A stretch of 64,000 nt of DNA from contig OX597838.1 of assembly GCA_951406725.2 (NCBI GenBank), positions 11,532,001-11,596,000 on the forward strand, read 5' to 3'. Positions 1-17,181 of this stretch are shown here, one piece after another; positions within the stretch are counted from its first letter, which is position 1, and every line of letters begins with the position of its first letter. The notes below the pieces were generated by a model that did not search any database, was not told the DNA's origin, and saw nothing but the letters and a program-made list of their open reading frames with translations. This DNA is from Octopus vulgaris. Its lineage: Eukaryota. Made by a program: the position numbers and the translations under genes.

Positions 1-612
1 ACAGACGAAATACCTATTTCTTTACTACCCACAAGGGGCTAAACACAGAGAGGACAAACAAAGACAGACAAAGGGATTAAGTCGATTATGTCGACCCCAG
101 TGCGTAACTGGTACTTAATTTATCGACCCCGAAAGGACGAAAGGCAAAGTCGACCTCGGTGGAATTTGAACTCAGAACGTAAGGACAGACGAAATACCTA
201 TTTCTTTACTACCCACAAGGGGCTAAACACAGAGAGGACAAACAAAGACAGACAAAGGGATTAAGTCGATTATGTCGACCCCAGTGCGTAACTGGTACTT
301 AATTTATCGACCCCGAAAGGATGAAAGGCAAATTCGACCTCGGCGGAATTTGAACTCAGAACGTAAAGACAGACGAAATACCTATTTCTTTACTACCCAC
401 AAGGGGCTAAACACAGAGAGGACAAACAAAGACAGACAAAGGGATTACGTCGATTATGTCGACCCCAGTGCGTAACTGGTACTTAATTTATCGACCCCGA
501 AAGGATGAAAGGCAAATTCGACCTCGGCGGAATTTGAACTCAGAACGTAACGACAGACGAACTACGGCTACGCATTTCACCCGGGGTGCTAACGTTTCTA
601 CCAGTTCGCCGT
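1..612 (-). mobile_element. Tandem array of SINE family 3 (one head plus at least three 184-bp bodies)
   Basis: Near-identical units with 184-bp period; B-box-like GAGTTCAAATTCC; head at about 560-612. Confidence 0.85.
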
Positions 613-630
613 CCTTCAGTTATATATTTA

Positions 631-1043
631 TAGGCGCAGGAGTGGCTGTGTGGTAAGTAGCTTGCTAACCAACCACATGGTTCTGGGTTCAGTCCCACTG
701 CGTGGCATCTTGGGCAAGTGTCTTCTGCTATAGCCCCGGGCCGACCAATGCCTTGTGAGTGGATTTGGTAGACGGAAACTGAAAGAAGCCTGTCGTATAT
801 ATGTATATATATATTTATATAAGTGTGTGTGTGTGTGTGTTTGTGTGTCTGTGTTTGTCCCCCTAGCATTGCTTGACAAACGATGCTGGTGTGTTTACGT
901 CCCCGTCACTTAGCGGTTCGGCAAAAGAGACCGATAGAATAAGTACTGGGCTTACAAAAAGAATAAGTCCCGGGGTCGAGTTGCTCGATTAAAGGAGGTG
1001 CTCCAGCATGGCCGCAGTCAAATGACTGAAACAAGTAAAAGAA
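631..1043 (+). mobile_element. tRNA-derived SINE family 1 with internal (TA)/(TG) tract; about 15 copies (1520, 2177, 2496, 4942, 9655-10206(-), 21900-22305(-), 26563, 28971, 30663, 35392, 39060-39433(-), 44237, 58215-58589(-), 62503-62886(-))
   Basis: A/B-box-like head GGCGCAGGAGTGGCTGTGTGGT...GGTTCAGTCCC, CORE-like CTTGGGCAAGT, (GTAAAAGA)n tail; resembles octopus OK/OR SINEs but exact family not assigned. Confidence 0.88.
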
Positions 1044-1157
1044 TAAAAGAATAAAAGAAAAGAATCTACCAACTTCTTATGCTAAATTCACGGGCACATA
1101 ATGTATTCTGTAATCAAATAAGAACTGTTACATGTTAGCAATAAGAAAGGTACTTAC

Positions 1158-4246
<3,089 letters not shown>

Positions 4247-4282
4247 GATTGAGATCTTGAGGAAACCTGGCTTTTTCCAGCC

Positions 4283-4291
4283 ATTTATATA
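4283..4291 (-). promoter_or_regulatory. TATA box of protease A
   Basis: TATATAAAT about 37 nt upstream of the ATG; same spacing as in paralog B. Confidence 0.6.
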
Positions 4292-4395
4292 ACCAAGACA
4301 CCTCTTGTCTACACACACAGCAAACATACACACACACACATACACATATGTATATATATATATATATACATATATACATGTTCATGTGTGTGCGT

Positions 4396-4497
<102 letters not shown>

Positions 4498-4537
4498 ACA
4501 CACCTACCCACACATATGTGTGTAAGTGCGTGCTTTT

Positions 4538-4625
<88 letters not shown>

Positions 4626-4785
4626 ATTTATAGATAGATAGGTAGATTCACACACATACACAAAAGGAGACGGAAACATATGACCATATACACATACGCA
4701 CACTCTACGCAAACACACGAACATGAACATACATACATACATACATACATACATACATACATACATACATACATACATACATACA

Positions 4786-4816
<31 letters not shown>

Positions 4817-5100
4817 GTGTATACACATGCACACTGACGCACAAACAAACAAAAGAAAGAACGTAGCTCCGACAATGGACAGAGTCAACAACAATTGAAA
4901 AGGTTGCAAGAAGCAATGGAAATTCTGGAAAAACAATTAAATAGGCGCAGGTGTGGTAAGTGGCTTGCTTACCAACCAGATGGTTCCGGGTTCAGTCCCA
5001 CTGCGTGGCACCTTGCGCAAGTGTCTTCTACTATAGCCTCGGGCCGACCAAAGCCTTGTGAGTGGATTTGGTAGACAGAAACTGAAAGAAGCCCGTCGTA

Positions 5101-5157
<57 letters not shown>

Positions 5158-5719
5158 GTGTGCGTGTGTATGCATGTATGTATGTATGTATGTATGTATG
5201 TATGTATGTGTGTATGTATGTATGTATGTATGTATGTATGTATGTATGTGTGTGTATTTGTGTGTCTGTGTTTGTCCACCCACCATCGCTTGACAACAGA
5301 TGTTGGTGTGTTTACGTCCCCGTAACTTTCTGCAAAAGAGACTAATAGAAGAAGTACTAAGCTTACAAAGAATAAGTCCCGGGGTTGATTTGTTTGAGTA
5401 AAGGCGGTGCTCCCGCGGAATATCAGCGAAATAAGATTGCACCACCCAAAACAGACGCAGATCATCTTTATCTTCCTAGAGCTCAAGGAAGGTAACGCTT
5501 GATCCAATTTGAAATTTTTTTACGAAACCTCAACTTTGGACTGGCCGAATATCTTGAAAAATCTAAAGACTAGGTACTAAAAGTCGTTGAAAACAATGAA
5601 TGATGTAAGAAGCTTCATTCTGTCAGGAAGGAAAGCAAAAATTTGCTAATGAGTTCATGCGTAATACCCAGGTCGAACGGTATGATGGAAGTGCGGCAAC
5701 TTTTGTTACAAGGAAGGCG

Positions 5720-8210
5720 AAATCAATGGCAAAGGAAAAAGCGTTTGAACAATTGGCTGGGACAAAAAAGCTCTGCATAGCAAATGTGAGGACCGTAGTA
5801 AACAAGTTAATATCGACCAGAAGCACACCCATCAGTGGCTACGGTACTGAGGGCTAAAGGCAGAGAGCGAAGGTTTTATCTTAGCCCAAAACCTTCACTG
5901 GCTGCTATGCCGGAAGTATGGATATGAGGTAACCGGTGCTTGGTACCAACATACACCGGAAAAGGTAATGGTCGAAAAGGGGAAAGCAAAACTCTGGGAC
6001 ATCAGACTTCCAGACAGACAAGGTGTTAGAGCACCGGAGGCCGGATATAGTAACCTTTAAGAAAGAGAACCAAGAGTGCCTAAGGTAAGACAAGCTGACT
6101 GAATCAGCTTCGCTGACTGACAGGTGACGGTCGTTTAGAAAAAGCGCGGGCTAAAACTACGCGCTTTCACTAGTCAGTTAAGGTGAGACAGTGGCACGTG
6201 ACAACTTGCTGGGGCTGCCTGCTGGAGCCTAGCAGCAGGTATTTAAAGGGGAAAATATGACAAGTCAGTCAGTCACCGGCTGACACTCGCTGATGATACA
6301 TCGAAGAGGCCAGGGAACAGAAGAAAGAAGCCATGCACCCTACACCAGAGCTGAAGACACCTCCGAAAGGGGGAGGGGCGCCACGTCAAAACGGTAGAGA
6401 AGTAGGGGCCGAAACCGGACGTGGTTCCTCCTGATGATGTCTTGAGCTAACTGGATCCTATAAAGGAGCTGTTGTGGTAGCAGACCACGAAACACGGTTG
6501 TAATTCCTTCCTTGACATGGCAGTGCCAGGAGATGAAGATATTATCATGAAAGAAAGAAAAAAGATTGATAAATATGGTGACCTGAGAATTGAGATCGCC
6601 AAGATGTGGCAGCTACGAGAGTCAAACACAATGGTTGTCCCTGTTGTCATCGGGGTATTGGGTTCAATACATCAAAAGGCTGAGAAAGCTGATGAAGTCA
6701 AAGCTAAATGGTCCGAACCTAGTGATGGCTGTAAATTCTTGGGCAGTATCATTACTTAGATATTCAGCAGCTTTTGTAGACTGGACAAAATCTGAATTAA
6801 TAAAACTAGACAGAAGAACCAGAAAAAATTCAATATGACTGAAAGAGTTCACCCAAGACCAGGAGTAGCAAGATTATACTTACTTAGAAAGGGAGGTGAT
6901 AGAGGGTTTATATAAGTAGAAGACTGCTTGATGTTAACTAGAGTAGATATAGACTCCTATATAGGTAAAAGGGAAAATGTTTATTAGGAGCTGCTAGAGT
7001 AACAATAGGAAATCAAAAAGCTAAACGAGGTTAAAAACCAGAAAAAGAAGCAATATTTAATGACTGACAGGGGAAGGATTTGCATGGTAGATTCCTAAAG
7101 ATAATGGATGGGAGCACTCCGTCGGTTACGACGACGAGGGTTCCGGTTGATCCGAATCAACGGAACAGCCTGCTCGTGAAATTAACGTGTAAGTGGCTGA
7201 GCACTCCACAGACACGTGTACCCTTAACGTAGTTCTCGGGGATATTCAGCGTGACACAGAGAGTGACAAGGCCGGCCCCTTGAAATACAGGTACAACAGA
7301 AACAGGAAGTAAGAGTGAGAGAAAGTTGTGGTGAAAGAGTACAGCAGGGATCACCACCATCCCCTGCCAGAGCCTCGTGGAGCTTTTAGGTGTTTTCGCT
7401 CAATAAACACTCACAACGCCCGGTCTGGGAATCGAAACCGCGATCCTACGACCGCGAGTCCGCTGCCCTAACCACTGGGCCATTGCGCCTCCACTAAAGA
7501 TAATGGCAGGAAATAGTAATAGTGAGACATGGTTATGGTTGCAGAAAGGAAGTTTGAAAAGAGAGCCAGGATGTTTGTTAGTAGTGGTACAAGATCAGGC
7601 GTTGGTGACCAATAGAACAAAAGCCAAGATGGAGAAAAATCAAGCTGATTCCCAACGTAGGTTATGCAGATCAAAATAAGACATGTTATTCGTATAGTAA
7701 GTGAATGTAGCAAGCTGGTACATAAGAGAATATAAGAAAGGTTATGACAACCTAGGGAATATAATCCACTGGGAGTTATGTAGAAAGCTAGGATTTGATC
7801 ATACCGATCAGTAGCATGAACATGAATCTAGTAAAGTACTAGAAAGTTAGAAATATAAGATGTGGGACTTTGACATTCAGACTGACAGAGTAATAGATGC
7901 TAGAAGGCCAGATTTAGTAGTAGTAAAGAAAATAGGATGTGAATAAAATTGACTTTACAATCCCAAATGATGAAAAAGTCAATATTAGAGGTCTAGAGAA
8001 AATACCAAGGTACGAGGACCTGGCCTTTGAATTACAGAGTTTATGGAAAGTGTGGGTAGAATGTACCCTTGTAGTTATAGGTACATTAGGAACTATTCTT
8101 AAAGATCTGAACAAATGGATAGGGGAAAGAGGCATAAACCTAGTTTAGTGCATCTCCAGAAAATAGTGTTATTAAGGATTGCTAGGATAATTAGGAAGAT
8201 TCTTGGCCTG
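5720..8210 (+). mobile_element. Degenerate RLE-type (R4/Dong-like) non-LTR retrotransposon fragments, interrupted by insertions
   Basis: RPDIV...DMAVP...KIDKYGDL restriction-like endonuclease motif; AVNSWAVSLLRYSAAFVDW post-RT motif; stops and frameshifts. Confidence 0.8.
7108..7493 (-). mobile_element. tRNA-derived SINE family 2 with 13-bp TSD, nested in a LINE; other copies at 8892-9279(+), 24342-24708(-), 36940-37205(-), 37843-38224(-), 40346-40736(+), 47185-47353(-), 52368-52757(+), 61878-62258(-)
   Basis: tRNA-like head GGAGGCGCAATGGCCCAGTGGTTAGGGCAGCGG...TTCGATTCCC; TSD ctaaagataatgg. Confidence 0.88.
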
Positions 8211-8511
8211 CCGGTAGGAATTTTTTTTCCAACAGTCCAATCTGTTGTGCGCATATGAAGCAACAACAAGAACAGCAGGAGCAGCAACAACAACAACAAC
8301 AACCACAACAACAATTCTTTCTTACTATTGGCTGAAATTTGGTGGGGGCGGGGCGCCGATCGATTACAGGGACCTCGGTGCGAAAAGATGAAAAGCAAAG
8401 TCGACCTCGACGGAATTTGAACACGTAACACAAACAGACGAGATGCTATAAGGCATTTTGTTCGGCATGCTAACGATTCTGCCAATTCCCCGCCTTAACA
8501 ACAGCAACAGC

Positions 8512-8551
<40 letters not shown>

Positions 8552-9862
8552 GCAATAACAACAGTAGCAACAGCAACAACAATAACAGCCACAACAACAA
8601 TAATGGTAATATACAAAGAACTGGTGGGAACACAAGCCTGCCTAAGTAGTTGTAAATAAAGACATCACCATTCTTTGAAACGGTGATCTCTTTAGTATTC
8701 AAACTGATCGTGCTATTCAGGCCAACAGACGAGTATTGTGTTTAACAATCACGTTGACTAAACGTGTGTATTCATAAATATGTCAATCCCAGCAGACTGT
8801 CACACTACTAGAAAAGTTGAATAAATACAAGGACCTTGGAATAAAGAACCCCAAAATGTGATATTGAAGAACAGCCGTATCTGTGATCATTTGGAGGCGC
8901 AATGGCCCAGTGGTTAGGGCAGCGGACTCGCGGTCGTAGGATCGCGGTTTCGATTCCCAGACCGGGCGTTGTGAGTGTTTATTGAGCGAAAACACCTAAA
9001 GCTCCACGAGGCTCTGGCAGGGGATGGTGGTGATCCCTGCTGTACTCTTTCACCACAACTTTCTCTTACTCTTACTTCCTGTTTCTGTTGTACCTGTATT
9101 TTCAAAGGGCCGGCCTTGTCACTCTCTGTGTCATGCTGAATATCCCCGAGAACTTACGTTAAGGGTACACGTGTCTGTGGAGTGCTCAGCCACTTACACG
9201 TTAATTTCACGAGCAGGCTGTTCCGTTGATTCGGATCAACCGGAACCCTCGTCGTCGTAACCGACGGAGTGCTTCCATCATCTGTGATCATCGAGTCATT
9301 AAGAATGATAGAAATGGTTTTTCTTAAACACTATGACCAAGTACGAGGAAAGCCAAAAGTATCCGAACTACAAAAAAAAAAAAAATTACTTTCGTGGGTA
9401 TTGCTCACCTCCTAATAAAAACATAGTTAACTTGAAAATATCTGATTCTCTTAAAACTTATTTAAAACTAAAATATTGCAAATTTAGTAAAATTTTAGTT
9501 TTCAGATTCTGGTTTCATTCGTATCGTAGCCAATCATAAGTAACATCCAATTTGCTAATCTTTGGATGAGAATTGGGAGAGTTCGTGAAAGCAACAACAA
9601 AAAGCAACAATTTGGCTCTCGTGGTTTCTGATCTTAACTGATTGGAAGTGTTATCTTTTACTCTTTTACTTGTTTCAGTCATTTGACTGCGGCCATGCTG
9701 GAGCACCGCCTTTAGTCGAGCAAATCGACCCCGGGACTTATTCTTTTTGTAAGCCCAGTACTTATTCTATCGGTCTCTTTTGCCGAACCGCTAAGTGACG
9801 GGGACGTAAACACACCAGCATCGGTTTCTAGCAATGCTAGGAGGACAAACACAGACACACAA

Positions 9863-10042
<180 letters not shown>

Positions 10043-10762
10043 GACAGGCTTCTTTCAGTTTCCGTCTACCAAATCCACTCACAATGCATTGGTCGGCCCG
10101 GGGCTATAGCAGAAGACACTTGCCCAAGGTGCCACGCAGTGGGACTGAACCCAGAACCATGTGGTTGGTTAGCAAGCTACTTACCACACAGCCACTCCTG
10201 CGCCTATCGTGTACATTGTTTTGTCTTGGTGTAAAAAAAGGGGCCACAGCAAATATTCTGCTCAATACCACAGATTTTCTGTTCACTTTGCTTGACAAGT
10301 TGAGAATGTCCCTCAGTGACTGACGATATGGACGTTCCTGATTACAAGCAGGAGCGTTAGGGGAGCATGATAGCCATGTTTTGAGAGGAATTCTTTGGGG
10401 ATTTAATAATTCACCTCTGGAAACATGGGTGTTTCGTCCATCGTCTAACAAAAACAACGACGGATCCGACCCCTTCCGTGGAAGATTTCACCCGTTTGTA
10501 CCTGTGTCTCATCCATTTAATTGAAATTTGAAAACTACAAAACAACAGAATATTCATTTTTTTTCAGTGCACAATATTGTTTGTTTTTTTTCTTTATACA
10601 TTATTGTTGTGATTATTATAATTATTATTATTATTATTATTATTATTGTTGTTGTTGTTGATGTTGCGATTGTTACTCGATCCTCTTCATCCTCTCTAAA
10701 ATACTCTTCTACCGTCGCAATTCTCCACATTCAATCTGCTACGTGCAACCACAGTTCCCATC

Positions 10763-10815
<53 letters not shown>

Positions 10816-10887
10816 GCGCGCACGCACACACACATACGCACACGCACACACACACGCACACACACACACATACGCACATACACACAC

Positions 10888-10929
<42 letters not shown>

Positions 10930-11074
10930 GCACATACACACACACACACGCACATACACACACACAAACACACAGACGCACATACACACACACACACGCA
11001 CTCACACACACACACACACTCACACACACTCACTCGCACATACACACTCACACACATACGCACATACACACTCA

Positions 11075-11132
<58 letters not shown>

Positions 11133-11890
11133 CTCACACACACACACACATACGCACGCATCGCACACATGCACGTACACAGAACCAGATGTCGACCGGT
11201 GTCGCCACAAAAGCTACGACCGCAATAAAAGCTCACCATTCTTCTAACACTGAAAAATCATTAACCACTCAATAAAAACCATTGAAACCAATTTCAATAA
11301 TGAATTACGATGACGACGTTCCAAATATTTTGTGCAACATTGAATGGAACGAAGTACAGTAACTTCGATGAATTCAGAACCAACCGTGCATCCAGGGAGG
11401 TTTAACGTAGTATTTAAACACTGCCCTTTGTCTGTCCTTGTTTGTCCCCTCTATGTTTAGCCCCTTGTGGGCAATAAAGAAATAAGTATTTAAACACTGC
11501 TGAAGACAATGAAGGGCGAGTGAAATAAACAAAAACATTTTTATTTTAAGACGATGTCTCCCTCAGAATACTGAATTAAAGTTAATAAGGATTTATGTCG
11601 TGAGGAGAAGGGTGGCTTGATCCGTTGGCAAGCAGTGGGGGGATAATATTTGGCTTGTTTCCTTCTCATTAAACCTTTTCATGAGGCATATAATCGTTAG
11701 ATCAATGGAAAGAAGGCAATATATGTGTAATATGGCTGTAGTCATGTGTATTAAAACCTCATAACGGGATATAATTTAGAGAAATCTTTTGCATGGAGAA
11801 TAAATGACTAATTAAATAGTATTGCGTTAGTGGTAGTGTAATTTGGTCTTGTATGGTGTAGTGTGGTATACTGTAGTGTGGCATACTATA

Positions 11891-12860
11891 AGGCGGCGAG
11901 CTGGCAGAAACGTTAGCACGCCGGACGAAATGCTTACCAGTATTTCGTCTGTCGTTACGTTCTGAGTTCAAATTCCGCCGAGGTCGACTTTGCCTTTCGT
12001 CCTTTCGAGGTCGATAGATTAAGTACTAGTTACACACTGGGGTCGATATAATCTACTTAATACCTATGTTTGTCCTTGTTTGTCCCCTCTGTGTTTAGCC
12101 CCTTGTGGGTAGTAAAGAAATAGGTATTTCGTCTGCCGCAGCGTTCTGAGTTCAAATTCCCCCGAGGTCGACTTTGCCTTTCATCCTTTCATGGTCGATA
12201 AATTAAGTACCAGTTACGCACTGGGGTTGATATAATCGACTTAATCCGTTTCTCTGTCCTTGTTTGTCCTCTCTGTGTTTAGCCCCTTGTGGGCAGTAAA
12301 GAAATAGGTATTTCGTCTGTCGTTACGTTGTGAGTTCAAATTCCGCCAATGTCGACTTTGCCTTTCATCCTTTCGGGGCCGATAAATTAAGTACCAGTTA
12401 AGCACTGGGGTCGATATAATCGACTTAATCCGTTTGTCTGTCCTTGTTTGTCCTCTCTGTGTTTAGCCCCTTGTGAGTAGTAAAGAAATAGGTATTTCTT
12501 CTGTCGTTACGTTCTGAGTTCAAATTCCGCCGAGGTCGACTTTGCCTTTCATCCATTCGGGGCCAATAAATTAAGTACCAGTTACGCACTGGGGTCGATG
12601 TAATCGACTTAATCCGTTTGTCTATCCTTGTTTCTCCCCTCTGTGTTTATCCCCTCGTGGGTAGTAAAGAAATAGGTATTTCGTCTGTTGTTACGTTGTG
12701 AGTTCAAATTCCGCCGAGGTCGACTTTGCCTTTCATCCTTTCGGGGTCGATAAATTAAGTACCAGTTACGCACTGGGGTCGATGTAATCGACTTAATACC
12801 TATGTCTGTCCTTGTTTGTCCCCTCTATGTTTGGCCCCTTGTGGGTAATAAAGAAATTGG
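11891..12860 (+). mobile_element. Tandem array of SINE family 3 (one head plus five 184-bp bodies)
   Basis: Unit starts GTATTTC at 11940, 12124, 12308, 12492 and 12676. Confidence 0.88.
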
Positions 12861-13964
12861 TATGCTGTAGTACAGTGGTGGTGTGAGGGTATAACTTGGC
12901 GTAGTGCGGTGTACAGTAGCATGGTGTACTTTAGTGAGATGTGTGGAGTGTAGTGTGGTATGGTCTATGGTGGTGTAGTGTACGAACATAATGTGCGCCA
13001 TAGTGTAGTGTGGTTTTAGTGTAGTGTGATGTAGTGCCGTGATATAGTGTTGCGTGGCGTAGTGGGTGTAGCATATTGTAGTCATGTGGCAGTTGCGGTA
13101 ATGTGTAATGGTGTAGCTGCTCTTTTGTTGGGAAAATATTTGTTTACTGAATTTTGAGAACTTTCTGACAAAGGACTTTTCTCGATGTTGGGGTGAATAT
13201 TTGAAGTTGTCATTCTAACCTGGGTATTGATTTTACTTAAGATCTTTTCCCTATGGCCATCAAAACGATGTTTTGAGAGAAAAGGGCCACGAATACTTTA
13301 ACTGAAATCCAGTAATTCCCTATCTGAATTACAGAAAAAAAAAGGAAAAGTCAGGTTAAGTATGCTGGCTGGACAACATATCTTCAGTTCATCTGAAGAG
13401 AGTATTCTGATTATGTTAGCTCATCATCTCTTTCACTAATGGGGCATCAAATATCTTTTCGACCTTTTCTCTGTTGTTACTGTTGATGTTTAACCCAACA
13501 AGTCGCTCCCGATCCATCAGATAAAGAACAGCGGTAATCAACCCTTTGTTTTTCCAAACACTGTGTTTCTGGGGCTGTATAATCTAACATATTCTTTCTT
13601 GTCGTTGTTTCGCTCCAGGTCAACCTTGATCCTACATAAATTTCAGTTGTGGCCACATCATCTTCTATTATCTTCTATATAATCTAAAGTGACCCTTTAT
13701 ATTTATTCAGAACATAGCGTATCTAGAACTACATGCGAGCTGGCAGAGACGTTAGCACGCCGGGCGAAATGCATAGCCGTATTTCGTCTGCCGCTACGTT
13801 GTGAGTTCAAATTCCGCCGAGGTCGACTTTACCTTTCATCCTTTCGGGGTTGATTAAATAAGTACCAGTTACGCACTGGAGTCAATATAATCGACTTAAT
13901 CCGTTTGTTTGTCCTCTCTGTGTTTAGCCCCTTGTGGGTAGTAAAGAAATAGATATATATATAT

Positions 13965-15400
13965 CGAGCACCTTCCGGAGTGTTCAAGCGGTTCCAAGCA
14001 GTGCTGTTTTCTGCAAGTGCTCCATCCTTATTGCAGCCCCTATTTGTTCCATGTGCTTCTCGAGTTTTTTGTCCACTGTTCCCGGGGCTCCGACCTTTAT
14101 CATCGACCACTACAGCTTAACTTCCCAAGCTAACCTGTTATATCTCTCGACTTTTCTTTCTTCCTTATCGCATACCTTGTTGTCAGCTGGGCATGCTATA
14201 TCTATGATCCAGCATCATTTGCTTTCTTTCTCAATTAAAATTATGTCTTGTTTCCTATTCTCTATCTCATGGTCGCACTGAATCCCGTAGGAACTTTGTA
14301 TTTTTATTTTCAACGATGCCTTCGGGTTTGTGGTCGTACAAATTTTTTGCTCTGTCAAGTCCATACTTGTTGCAAAATGTCCAATGGACAAGCCTGGCTA
14401 TATTGTCGTGACGTCTCTTATATTCCTTCTGGGCTAGTGGCGTACATTGGTTGGTAATATGCCATACGGTTTCACCATTTTGTCCACAGATTCTGCTCTT
14501 ATCACTTTCTGATGTGATGTCTATTCTGTATTTTATGTAGTTTGTTCTTAGTGCTTGATCTTGGGCAGCACAGATTAGATTCTCCGTTTCCGGTTTTAAA
14601 TCACTTGTAGTCATCCATAGCCATCTTTTTTCTCTGTCTATCTTATCTTCAACATCCCTATGAAATTGACCATGCATTCTTTTCTCTACCCACCTATTTT
14701 CAGTTTCATTCGTTTTCAATTTCTTGTATAGTGCTTTATCTTTGCAATCTTTCATCCTACACAAGCCTGACCTTCTTACTTCTAGTAACAGCGGTTCTGT
14801 GTAATTTTTTTACATACCATGCTATGTTATTTTCTTCTGCTCTAATGCTGTGTTCGCATCCAATAAGTCCTCTTCCCACTCTTTCACTAGATTCGAACAA
14901 TTTAGCTTTGACTCTATTAACCTCCTCACCTTTTTGATATATATTTTGGATGGTAATTGGATGCCTTAATTGTGGACTACTTGTCCCAATACTATGACTA
15001 ATATTGCGTACTTATCTACTCCAAATTCTATATCTATATCTTTGCTGAAGAGTCTTACAATTTGTAATTTTATTCGTATTAAAAAGCTTCAGATCATCCA
15101 TGTGGAGAAAATGGTTAATTTTCTTTTTACTATCTCCAAGCTGACACCCTACCGTTGCCTTGCTTAATACTAAACTGAATGGAATTAAACATGACACAAA
15201 TATTAAAGGGAATAATAAGTTTCCCTGGAACCTGGAAAGTTCCTCTTTTGTTATTGACTTTCCCTAAGGCCATATCACCTGAGTAGAGATCTACTTTCCA
15301 TTATTTCATGTTATAGCTAATTAATTCTCTTATGTTGTCTGCAATACTGAATACTCTCATAATCTATTCATGCTGTTGTTAAATTTTTCTTTCAAAATTT
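13965..15400 (-). mobile_element. Degenerate R4/Dong-like LINE (RT, zinc knuckle, RLE)
   Basis: HFLHMDDLKLF RT motif; ICAAQDQALRT; RICGQNGETVWHITNQC knuckle; YKRRHD. Confidence 0.85.
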
Positions 15401-16289
15401 CACTAATGTTAAGCAAGTTCTTCACTTTTTTCTCCTAATAGCATTAGCCTGGTCCACTAGCCTCTACTTTGTTACTTCAAAGATACTTTTGTTTTTACCC
15501 CCAAAGTGCTAACATACGTTTCCGGTAAACCTCTACTTTGGGTTCGCTTTCAAGTTGCACTGCATCACTACCTGGTTGCTGCTGTTCGGGAAAAAAACAA
15601 AGAAACAAATAAAAACAAAAAACTATTGAGCCTGAAAAAAATTCACCATTTTCCAAAACTAGTTGGCGTTTACCTAGCGGAGAAACTCTTGTAACGACAC
15701 TATCTTTTTGCACCTTCCGAAATGTAACCGACCATTTTGGTCCTTTACCAAAATGATAAATGGTCCCCGTCGACTTTGTGGATCCCTCTTTTTTTCATAT
15801 TCTAAACAACGCTGGTTCCTTGAGCGTAGTGAAAGTCTTCAATTTTCTTGTCCAACTTTGCATCTAACTACATACTCTTGGCCAATTTCCTTTAAATCTA
15901 TTCTTCCCTCTCCAATAAGCTCCTTGCCCGTATACAGACGCGCTCGCGCACAACATATGTGGAAATGCCTCAAGCAAACAAGACGACAGTTCTTTGCAAT
16001 GTCCCCTCTATTACCTTAAATGATTTAGTGTATCTACGCAGGTCTGGACAGTGAGGGTCAAGTTGCAGAATATTTATTGAATATTTTTAGAGAGAGAGAG
16101 AGAAAGATGCTCTTAGGCAATTTTCCCTTTCCATTGCTAACACTCAACTCCACACACTTTTCAACATGGTGGACTTCACTTGCGACGAAGTGAGGGCAAC
16201 GGTGGCAAAAACTCGCGCAGATTTTGATCCAAGGCCATTTGGTACCACTTATAGAATTTACAAAACTTCCCACTACTGTTGAAGAGGTT

Positions 16290-16910
16290 AGAAAGACTTT
16301 TACATTTGATGTGGGAGAAAAACAGGAAATTCGGCTCTGGATATTTGTTGATGGTTATTTTAGCCCTCGGTAGGACTTAGCTTGATTCAAGAGGTTTCCC
16401 TTTTGGACATTGAAGGAAAGATCTTTCAGGCTATCATTGCCAAAAAGTCAGCATCCCATGATTAACGAGTACATCGACACGAGTATTCGGAAAGGCAACT
16501 CTGGATACCACAAGCACACATCAGAAGTCAGCCATGGTATTAAGGAGGCAAAGAGGAAAAACATCTAATTTTCCGCCGAATGGTTGGATCTTGTTAAAGC
16601 GTATCCAAGCATGCTCCAGCGGCTATTCTGAAGTACAATAGAGTACTACTAAGTACCAAAAGAAGTAGTCGATCTCATAATGTCCCAAACTGACTCGCTG
16701 AGTATAAGGTTCACCGTAAGGAATTTCACCACTAATTGGCAGAGATTGGAAAAAGGCATGATCGTAGGGCGCACAATTTCCGTGATGCTATTTAAGGCAG
16801 CCATGAACATGTTAGGGATGGGAGGGAAGCAGTCGAGAGGTCCCGAAAGCGACAACAATACAGGAAATCCAGTTTGCAGGGCCTTCGTGGATGACATAAC
16901 GATTATGATG
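16290..16910 (+). mobile_element. RT fragment of another RLE LINE (Hero-like)
   Basis: WLDLVKAY, TTNWQRLEKGMIVG, RAFVDDITIM. Confidence 0.65.
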
Positions 16911-16911
16911 C

Positions 16912-17181
16912 TGTAGCAGGGATTCGAACCCTGTCGCTAGATACTCAGTTACAACCACAAGTGAGTCGCCACAGTTTTATATGATTGATCTAAAATCGAC
17001 CAAACAGCGTGAAGCTGTGGCGTGAAATGGCTTTCTTGAACGTTCTAAAATTTAACTTTTTGGTCCCTTGTAAAAACTGTTTGGCAGTTAACTCAGAGAC
17101 CAAGACTGCAGATGGATTGCTGGCGCCACAGACTGCCTTGGACTTTTGAGTAGACAACTCTCGGCACTCGTTCACACTACA
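16912..17181. mobile_element. Probable short solo LTR
   Basis: TGTAG...CTACA termini; flanks tgatgc/tgatgt. Confidence 0.5.

Noticed and set aside
8892-8965. Functional tRNA genes at SINE heads
   Set aside because: tRNA-like heads continue into ~380-bp SINE bodies with TSDs and are present in many copies.
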